Made by a program: the position numbers and the translations under genes. A stretch of 6,828 nt of DNA from Octopus sinensis (taxonomy: Eukaryota): positions 1 through 6,828 of the forward strand of contig NW_021829167.1 of NCBI RefSeq assembly GCF_006345805.1, in the 5' to 3' direction. Below, piece after piece: positions 1 through 6,557 of the stretch. The notes beneath the pieces are model-generated. The model was not told the DNA's origin. It did no database searches and was given only the letters and a program-made list of their open reading frames with translations. The first letter of the stretch is position 1; the number at the start of each line of letters is the position of its first letter.

Positions 1-482
1 GACTACCCGCCTGATAAGGGTACACCAGGCACATGCATCACAACCATATGTGCGCGACATGGTGATCTCATAACAAGATAAATAGCGCATGACCTTGCGG
101 GTGGGGCCCAGCTAGAATTTTCTTCTGGTCGGGTAACCCATCCCACTCAAAAGGTCCCTGATTAAGGGTTGTTTAAGGATGTTGAATGAAGCACCCATGT
201 TTCCAGAGGTGAATTATTCAAACCACAAAGAATCCCTCTCAACACATGGCTATGATGCTTCCCCACTACTTCTGCTCGTGATCAGAGATGCACATATTGT
301 CAGCCACTAAGGGACATGATCAACAGGTTAAGGTCAAGCAACTGACAAGCAAATCTGTGTATTGAGCAGAATATTTGCTGTAGCCCATCTTTTATACCAA
401 GACAAAACAATGTACATGATAACACTTCCAGTCAGTTAAGATCAGTAGCCATAAGAGCCGCTGCTTGGTACTGCATCAGGGC

Positions 483-483
<1 letters not shown>
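1..483 (-). mobile_element. Unclassified interspersed repeat, copy A (~560-bp family; continues beyond left window edge)
   Basis: 1-381 aligns colinearly with 624-1007 (7 mismatches in the first 60 aligned bases). Abuts the (ATT)n tract at ...CATCAGGGCA. Strand is inferred from the (AAT)n tail of copy B. Class not determined. Confidence 0.7.

Positions 484-486
<3 letters not shown>

Positions 487-549
<63 letters not shown>
487..549. repeat. Perfect (ATT)21 microsatellite
   Basis: Read directly; gives the poly-I and poly-N runs in ORFs 432..623 and 442..657. Confidence 0.99.
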
Positions 550-1006
550 GAATGAAAGAAAACAGCATACGCCATCAAAATGACGCTGGGATACAAATTT
601 CCGAAGTCCAATGTACCCATCATGACTACCCGTTTGATAAGGGCACACCAGACACATGCATCACAACCATATATGCGCGCCCTGGTAATCTCTTATCGAG
701 ATAAACAGCGCGTGACCCTGCAGTTGGAGCCCCGTTAGAATTTTCTTCAGGTCGAGTAACCCATCCCGCTCAAAGGTTTCTTGAACAAGGTTTGTTTAAG
801 GATGAAGAATGAAACAACACATATTTCCAGAGATGAATTATTCAAACACCAAAGAATTCCTCTCAACACATGGATATGACGTTCCCCATAAATTCCTGCT
901 CCTGATCAGAGATGCACATATCGTCAGCCACTAAGGGACATGCTTAACTGGTTATAGTCAAGCAAATGGCAAACAAATATGTGGTATTGGGAAGAATATT
1001 TACTGT
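549..1006 (-). mobile_element. Unclassified interspersed repeat, copy B (ends in (AAT)n on - strand; truncated at ~1007)
   Basis: Direct-repeat homology to 1-381. Homology stops at TACTGTA (1001-1007) where SINE sequence begins. Possible RNA stem on the - strand between 610-618 and 641-649. Confidence 0.7.
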
Positions 1007-1032
1007 ATTTCACTCGGTGTGCTAACGTTTCT
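1007..1032 (-). mobile_element. Remnant of older family-M SINE head, left part (includes left copy of a putative TSD)
   Basis: ATTTCACTCGGTGTGCTAACGTTTCT matches ATTTCGCCCGGCATGCTAACGTTTCT at 1622-1647. Confidence 0.65.
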
Positions 1033-1215
1033 TATTTCTTTACTGCCCACAAGGGGCTACATACAGAGGGGACAAACAAGGTCAGACAAACGGATTAAGT
1101 CGATTATATCGACTCCAGTGAATAACTGGTACGTATTTAATCGACCTCGAAAGGTTGAATGGCAAAGTCGACCTCGGCGGAATGTGAACTTAGAACGTAG
1201 CGGCAGACGAAATAC
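1033..1215 (-). mobile_element. Family-M tRNA-derived SINE, trimer unit 1 (5'-truncated; B-box region only)
   Basis: Reverse complement aligns to the full copy at 6376-6557. Begins at GTATTTCGTCTGCC on the - strand. Confidence 0.9.
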
Positions 1216-1431
1216 CTATTTCTTTACTACCCACAAGGGACTAAACACAGAGGGGGCAAACAAGGACAGACAAACGGATTAAGTTGATTACATCGACCCC
1301 AGTGTGTAACTGGTACTTAATTTATCAACCCCGAAAGGATGAAAGGCAAAGTCGACCTCGGCGGAATTTGAACTCAGAACGTAGCGGCAGACGAAATACG
1401 GCAACGCATTTCGCCCGGCGTGCTAACTTTT
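1216..1431 (-). mobile_element. Family-M SINE, trimer unit 2 (5'-truncated inside the A-box/D-loop region)
   Basis: Homologous to units 1 and 3. B box GAGTTCAAATTCC on the - strand. Lacks the first ~15 nt of the head. Confidence 0.9.
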
Positions 1432-1661
1432 CTATTTCTTTACTACCCACAAGGGGCTAAACACAGAGGCGACAAACAAGCACAGAAAAACGGATTAAGT
1501 CGATTACATCGACCCCAGTGTAACTGGTACTTATTTAATCAATCCCGAAAGGATGAAAGGCAAAGTCGACCTCGGCGGAATTTGAACTCAGAACGTAACG
1601 GCAGACGAAATACCGCTCAGCATTTCGCCCGGCATGCTAACGTTTCTGCCAGCTCGCTGCC
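1432..1661 (-). mobile_element. Family-M SINE, trimer unit 3 (full-length head)
   Basis: - strand reads GGCAGCGAGCTGGCAGAAACGTTAGC... with A-box-like TGGCAGAAACG and B box GAGTTCAAATTCC. Central GCCTTTCATCCTTTCGGG..TAAGTACC resembles, from memory, the Meta/MESC SINE domain (unverified). Confidence 0.9.
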
Positions 1662-1663
1662 TT

Positions 1664-1690
1664 CGTGTGCTAACTTACTGCCTGTTCACC
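1664..1690 (-). mobile_element. Remnant of older family-M SINE head, right part (includes right copy of a putative TSD)
   Basis: CGTGTGCTAACTTACTGCCTGTTCACC resembles the head GCATGCTAACGTTTCTGCCAGCTCGC (1632-1657) and shares the variant GTGTGCTAAC with 1017-1026. Confidence 0.55.
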
Positions 1691-1957
1691 ATCTTTATCC
1701 TTATTATTATTAGCATCTGTAATATTGTTCTTCCCAGCATTGTGTATTTGTGTTTGTATGTTGCTCTTTAAATAACATTAAAACTATGGAACGTAATCGA
1801 TGACATAATCCAATTATTCAACATACTGAAGCTCTGTTATGAAAATACGGGATATGCCAAAAGTCACGCACAAAACAAATTCAATACACTCTGAAACTGC
1901 CAAAGATATACTTCAATTCTTCTAAAATTGAAGAAAATAAATAAAATAACGATGAAT

Positions 1958-2118
1958 GTAGGAGTGGCTGTGTGGTAAGTAGCTTGCTTACCAAACACAT
2001 AGTTCCGGTTCAGTCCCACTGCGTGGCACCTTGGGCAAGTGTCTTCTACTATAGACTCGGGCCGACCAAAGCCTTGTGAGTGGATTTGGGCAGACGAAAA
2101 CTGAAAGAAGCCCGTCGT
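1958..2118 (+). mobile_element. tRNA-derived CORE-like SINE, 5' half (3' half absent after AT tract)
   Basis: A-box-like TGGCTGTGTGGT (1965-1976), B-box-like GGTTCAGTCCC (2007-2017), then GGCACCTTGGGCAAGTGTCTT resembling the MIR/CORE motif GACCTTGGGCAAGTCACTT. A homolog lies at 3880-3972 (-). Confidence 0.85.
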
Positions 2119-2248
2119 ATACATGTATATATGTATTATATATATATGTATATATATATATATATCTAATATATATATATATAATATATATATATCATAT
2201 ATATATATATACAGATATGTAATATATATATATATATATATACATACA
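2118..2248. repeat. Imperfect (AT)n tract
   Basis: Read directly. Confidence 0.95.
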
Positions 2249-2569
2249 TTTTCACGATTACAGCCAGCGAATCTAGTCAACGCACAAGACAGCCATTATG
2301 CTACCCCCCACACTCACACACCCGGCCCCAAAACACCACCACGTGGACTCTGTTGAGACTAGTAAGAAACAATTATGAACTTTTTATTACACTTAACTTT
2401 TTAAAATAATTTTGATAGGATTCGTTTTTTCAAGAGGAATCGAAACATGTAAAATCTCTAAGAAAATTAAAATTTATCTTATATAGCAGCGTTTTCAAAC
2501 TTCTTTTTTATAAATATATACCTACTCGTATGCCACCTTCACTTTATAAATATATATATATATATATAA

Positions 2570-2836
2570 GGGCCCACAGCTTTTTAATATTCTCCCAAAG
2601 AGTCTGAGGAACTTGCACATAGTAGATGTAGCGGTTTTTAAATCAAAGCTGGACATCTTCCGGTCGAGAGTCCCAGATGAGCCTACCTCACGGCAAGAGG
2701 TGCAAATGAGAGAGAGTAGCTATATCAAACTCCATCTTCACCAAGTGCCACATTTAGACGAGGTTCTTCGCAATAACAGTGTAGCACAAAACGGCGGTGC
2801 ATCAGCATGCCGCAGCCTGAGCTGAAACTAGAAAGA

Positions 2837-2837
<1 letters not shown>
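2570..2837 (+). mobile_element. CR1/L2-type LINE 3' end (ORF2 C-terminus plus 3' UTR), 5'-truncated
   Basis: Frame from 2571 reads GPQLFNILPKSLRNLHIVDVAVFKSKLDIFRSRVPDEPT, matching the CR1/L2 ORF2 terminal pattern (LFNxLP...FKxxLDxFL). Inverted homolog at 5389-5666. Confidence 0.85.
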
Positions 2838-2920
<83 letters not shown>

Positions 2921-3028
2921 GTGTATATATAATATATATATGTATACATATATATATCTAATATATATATATATTCTATATATATATATATTATATATAT
3001 ATTATATATATATATATATATAATATAT
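2838..3028. repeat. Long imperfect (AT)n microsatellite at LINE tail
   Basis: Read directly. Confidence 0.97.
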
Positions 3029-3089
3029 CATTTGTCATATATACATTCGCTTCAAAATTTGTTTCAGTATCTACTGATTACGTGAGCAC

Positions 3090-3168
3090 GTGAGTATGCT
3101 GTATATTTTTGAAACTGTATACATGACTAATAGCCCCCATTTTCCACGTTGTGCCCTCTCTTTTACAG
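3090..3168 (+). other. Candidate 79-nt spliceosomal intron (signals only)
   Basis: GTGAGT donor at 3090, TGACTAAT branch-like motif at 3124-3131, CCCTCTCTTTTACAG acceptor ending 3168. No convincing flanking coding frame. Confidence 0.3.
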
Positions 3169-3226
3169 AAGCTGATGTGTCTATCGGCTCATATATTAAT
3201 TTGTGTCTTGGGAATATATCTTTATC

Positions 3227-3407
3227 TATGTGCATGTATGCATGCATGTAGATATCCATATATGCATACATGTTTATACATACATACTTACATGTATATA
3301 TATGGTGTGTGTGTGTATGTGTATACACTTGTTTATACACATATGTATGCATGTATGTATGTATATATGTATGTATGGTTGTATATGTACATGTGTGGTT
3401 GTGTGTG
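3227..3407. repeat. Compound (TATG)/(TG)/(TA) simple repeat
   Basis: Read directly; source of ORFs 3071..3445, 3151..3408 and 3203..3439. Confidence 0.93.
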
Positions 3408-3698
3408 AGATGAGTATTTTTTATGGTTTTCACGTGTGAAAGCAATGACTGTTCTTTGCCTATAAAACTTCACTTCATTATCTTAGCTGACTTTTAGTGT
3501 TAGGTTTTTAATTTTACCGCCGATTGAGAAGGGATGGGGCAGCGCTTACGACACTTTTCAGGGCTTCGAAGCTGCTAAAAGTGAAATGAATGAAGTAATT
3601 TTGACACTGGAGACCCAATCTGAAACCTTGCAATACAGTGGCCTTCTTAAAAGGCAACCAGCGACCGGATGGTTTTGTTAAGGATCTGATATTTCATC

Positions 3699-3972
3699 TT
3701 TTCTCTTTTATTTGTTTCAGTCATTAGATTGCAACCAAACCCTATATTGAAGGGTTTAGCTAAACAAATAGACCCACTCTGTCTTTTTTTGCTGGACTGC
3801 TAGATTACTTTGACGTAAACTAACCTGGTAGTATGCACCTGGGGTCCGCAACTCTTGTGGCAAAGAAATTTCGCGGCCGGGGACCGTAAAGGACATTTGC
3901 CCAAGGTGTCACGCTGTGAGACTGAAGCCGGAAGCATGTGGCTGGGAAGACAGCTTCTTAACACGCCTGCAC
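3699..3972 (-). mobile_element. Decayed CORE-like SINE with head, CORE and 3' tail, internally deleted
   Basis: - strand GTGCAGGCGTGTTAAGAAGCTGTCTTCCCAGCCACATGCTTCCGGCTTCAGTCTCACAGCGTGACACCTTGGGCAAATGTC aligns to 1958-2044. Tail reads ...AATGACTGAAACAAATAAAAGAGAAAA. Confidence 0.75.
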
Positions 3973-4140
3973 GTAATGAATATATTATTGAAATGCTATC
4001 GTGTAGAGATATTCTCTGTCAATTTCAACGATGAGCGTTCAATTTGTTCGATAAGCTGAACAGCCTACTTGTTTGTCTAAGGGCAAAGTATTCTGTACAG
4101 AAACCTTAATATTTAAATTTATCTTCATAGATTTCCCATA

Positions 4141-4233
4141 GAAATTGTAAGGAGATCGCAAGAGGAATCCCGAAATTGTAAGGAGATTGCAAGTGGAATC
4201 CCGAAATTGTAAGGAGATTGCAAGAGGAATCCC
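4141..4233 (+). repeat. 31-bp unit x3 tandem repeat (GAAATTGTAAGGAGATTGCAAGAGGAATCCC)
   Basis: Units 4141-4171, 4172-4202 and 4203-4233; units 1 and 2 each differ from unit 3 by one base. Confidence 0.97.
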
Positions 4234-4759
4234 GAGATAAGGAGAAGGAGTTGTACATGTACGCTTTGTTGATATGGGGAAGGCATTTGATAAGGATCAA
4301 AGGAAAGTGATTGAGTGGGCATTGAAGAATGGAGGTGTACTAGAGGTAATGGTGAAGGCAGTGATGAGTTTGTATGAGGGGGTAACAACAAAAATAGAAT
4401 TGGATCAGAGCTGTCGCAGGAGTTTGCGACTGATGATTTGATTGGGGAAGCTGAGGTTGGAGGAATCGGTAGAACGGCTGTCAAGGGCGATTGGTGTGTG
4501 ATAGTATGGGCATGTGTTGAGGAGGATGGGGAGCATGTCCTGAGGACATTGCTTGCGTTTAAGATAAATGGAGCACGAAAGCGAAGTAGAGTAAGGAAAA
4601 GGTGGATGGGAGAGGCGGAGGAGGAGATTGGGAGGGTTGGTTTGAGAAAGGTGGACGCCCAAAACCGGGCAAGATGGCGAGATGGTGTGATGGCCGTTGC
4701 TATGGCATTGAGGTTGAGCCGGCCTCCCACGTTAACGGGGACAAAATCTGGATGATAAT
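4141..4759 (+). mobile_element. RTE-clade LINE fragment: disrupted RT piece joined to ORF C-terminus and 3' end
   Basis: With frameshifts reads IVRRLQE..KELY / FVDMGKAFD (4265-4291) ..RKVIEWAL..VKAVMSLYEG..SQEF, then LEESVERLSRA..YGHVLRR..G.RKR.R..KRW..GL...DAQNRARWR, typical of RTE ORFs. Contains stops and frameshifts. Confidence 0.85.
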
Positions 4760-4767
4760 ATACGTGT

Positions 4768-4843
4768 TATATATATTATATTTGCGCATATATATATAAT
4801 ATATATATATATATAAAAAACATATAAAGATATAAAATATATA

Positions 4844-4892
<49 letters not shown>

Positions 4893-4894
4893 TG

Positions 4895-4925
<31 letters not shown>

Positions 4926-5164
4926 TATATTACATATATATATTATTATATATATATATACATATGCATACTTTACATGCATATAAATATTTACTTGTAT
5001 ATAATATGCATATATATGTACACACACACACACACACACATACACACACATATATATATATATAGGTATACATATGTGTATGTGCGTGCGCACGCGCTCG
5101 TGCGTTTGTATATATGTATGTCTGTATATATGTATGTATGCATGTATATGTATATGTGTTTATA
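4768..5164. repeat. Compound microsatellite (AT)n + (CA)n (5020-5050) + (TATG)n
   Basis: Read directly. Confidence 0.96.
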
Positions 5165-5350
5165 CTGATTCACCATCTTCCTTTTTTATCCGTAATGAAA
5201 AGAATTAATTGTTCACTGATATGTCAATGATTATTTCATGATATTGTACCTTGTTATTTTATCAAACAAACGCTGTACATTCTGCTATTTGTTTATCTAC
5301 ATATGTGTGCAAACGATAACAACGTAAGCCCGGTCTCTTGAAACAGCTTT

Positions 5351-5388
5351 GTGTGTATGCATGTGTGTGTGTGTGTGTGTGTGTGTGT
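5351..5388. repeat. (GT)n microsatellite at LINE tail
   Basis: Read directly. Confidence 0.95.
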
Positions 5389-5770
5389 TTCTTTTTTTCT
5401 GTAGTTGCAGCTCAGAGCTGCGGCCATGCTGATGCACCGCCATTTTGCGCTACACTGTGTTATTACTGAGAGCCTCCTCCAATATGTGGCACTTGGTAAA
5501 GAATGGAGTTTGATGTAGCTACCCTCATTTACACCCTCTTGTCGTGCGGTGGGTTCATCTGGGACTCTCGACAGGAAGAGGTCCAGCTTTGATTTAAAAA
5601 CATCTTACATCTACTTTGTGCAGGTTCCTCAGGCTCTTTGGGAGAATATTAAAAAGCTGTGGGCCCCTGAAACCCAGGCTGTTGCAGTAACTAGTCCTGA
5701 AGCACGATGGCGTTGCTGGGATCTTTGGCATCTTTGAACGGAACGGCAGTGTCGTCCCGTTTTGGCATTG
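5389..5770 (-). mobile_element. CR1/L2-type LINE 3' end, same family as 2570-2837, ~100 bp longer at 5' side
   Basis: - strand encodes (frameshifted) NAKTGRHC / PKIPATPSCFRTSYCNSLGFRGPQLFNILPKSLRNLHKVDV / FKSKLDLFLSRVPDEPT. A 33-nt stretch is identical to 2570-2602. A-rich tail at 5389-5400. Confidence 0.9.
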
Positions 5771-5786
5771 GTTGTTGTTGTTGTTG
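5771..5786. repeat. (GTT)5 short repeat at LINE 5' junction
   Basis: Read directly. Confidence 0.85.
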
Positions 5787-6144
5787 ATAAGCAACAAGAC
5801 GGGTAAGGGTGATTAGGTGATGGTCTAGGGCTTAGGGGCAGGAGAGCCCAGACCTTGGAAAAAAAAAAATATTGGTCGTCGTCTTGTAGTCGAGGGCTCT
5901 TCGTTGCCGCTCGACACCACTGGGAGGTGACCCTCGAAGTCGCTGGAAATGGAGACCTCCAGGTCCAAATTCTTGAACGGCTTCTGGCATTGGTGTAGCT
6001 TTCGTTTTATGTATGCAATGCCATCATATTCGTCGCCACTATGGTTTATAGCAACTACACCAAACCAACCAACAGCAATCAAGACCAATAATAATTTTCA
6101 GTCATAACAGAATAGAAGTTTCGATGGGTAGGAATGGATTAGCA

Positions 6145-6203
6145 GATACCAGCGACCCTCGTACTTGTCTGGTACTTATTTTTGTCAATCTCAAAACGAT
6201 GAA
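6145..6203 (-). mobile_element. Highly decayed family-M-related SINE fragment
   Basis: CGACCCTCGTACTTGTCTGGTACTTATTTTTGTCAATCTCAAAACGATGAA resembles CGACCCCAG..AACTGGTACTTATTTAATCAATCCCGAAAGGATGAA (1510-1557). Confidence 0.45.
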
Positions 6204-6211
6204 CAGCTAAC

Positions 6212-6324
6212 TTATTTCCTTATTGCCCACAAGGGGCTAAACATACAGGGGACAAACAAGGACAGACAAAGAGATTAAGCCGATTACATCGACCCCAGTG
6301 CGTAACTGGTACTTAATTTATCGA
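6212..6324 (-). mobile_element. Family-M SINE host copy, 3' half (interrupted)
   Basis: Aligns to 1216-1327; stops at GGTACTTAATTTATCGA. Confidence 0.9.
6308..6324. repeat. Target-site duplication, left copy (GGTACTTAATTTATCGA; right copy 6558-6574)
   Basis: Exact 17-bp direct repeat flanking the + strand SINE; the first G may belong to the SINE tail, giving 16 bp. Confidence 0.9.
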
Positions 6325-6327
6325 TAT

Positions 6328-6557
6328 GGCGGCAAGCTGGCAGAAACGAGAGCACGCTAGAAGAAATGCGTAGCCGTATTTCCTCTGCCGTTACGTTCTG
6401 AGTTCAAATTCCGCCGAGGTCGACTTTGATTTCATCCTTTGGAGGTCGATTAAATAAGTACCAATTACGTACTGGGGTCGATATAATCGACTTAATCCGT
6501 TTATCTGTCCCTGTTTGTTCTCTCTGTGTTTAGCCCCTTCTGGTTAGTAAAGAAATA
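6328..6557 (+). mobile_element. Full-length family-M tRNA-derived SINE (guest), antisense inside a copy of its own family
   Basis: GGCGGCAAGCTGGCAGAAACG head through ...TAGTAAAGAAATA tail. Reverse-complement homolog of 1432-1661; flanked by the TSD. Confidence 0.92.
6338..6412 (+). promoter_or_regulatory. Internal RNA polymerase III type-2 promoter (A-box-like and B box) of the SINE head
   Basis: TGGCAGAAACG at 6338-6348 and GAGTTCAAATTCC at 6400-6412 (B-box consensus GWTCRANNC). Activity unknown. Confidence 0.7.

Noticed and set aside
420-483. Hammerhead or HDV-like ribozyme at repeat ends (CTGATGC near 476; stems at 610-649 and 5890-5937)
   Set aside because: No CUGANGA/GAAA core and no HDV P3-L3/P1.1 topology could be built by eye. 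An Infernal or RNAmotif scan would be decisive.
574-623. SECIS/K-turn-like AUGAU...UGAU stem on the - strand near the end of copy B
   Set aside because: Helix is imperfect, no AA at the expected 11-13 nt spacing, no upstream selenoprotein frame, and it overlaps an alternative hairpin.
1019-1713. ORFs 1019..1282, 1420..1713 and 6501..6749 with mutually similar peptides
   Set aside because: The similarity comes from translating the same SINE sequence; it is not a gene family.
2507-2556. 14-bp direct repeat TTTATAAATATATA flanking 22 nt
   Set aside because: Low-complexity AT sequence next to a microsatellite; not credible as a TSD.
3487-3680. Stop-free + frame (..KGWGSAYDTFQGFEAAKSEMNE..) with a possible 33-nt micro-exon at 3562-3594
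   Set aside because: Short, weak splice signals and no recognisable homology; expected by chance.
4141-4233. 31-bp repeats (and the SINE trimer) as a possible CRISPR array
   Set aside because: Units are contiguous with no unique spacers, there are no cas genes, and the context is eukaryotic retroelement DNA.
4125-4730. 201-aa minus-strand ORF (also 4106..4300 and 4405..4662)
   Set aside because: Antisense shadow of the purine-rich RTE fragment; S/P/L/H-rich with no recognisable domain.
432-5176. ORF-track ORFs rich in I/Y/N/H/T/C/V/M (432, 442, 1864, 2123, 2725, 3071, 3151, 3203, 4776, 4977, 4991)
   Set aside because: They are translations of (ATT)n, (AT)n, (CA)n and (TATG)n tracts, which lack stop codons in some frames.
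5801-5838. Degenerate telomere-like or G-quadruplex tract GGGTAAGGG...CTAGGGCTTAGGGG
   Set aside because: Only one exact TTAGGG and one 18-nt loop; compatible with chance.
6328-6420. SINE heads (also 1570-1661 and 1958-2025) as genuine tRNA genes
   Set aside because: They have A/B boxes but an expanded or irregular anticodon arm, no T-run terminator, and continue into SINE bodies.
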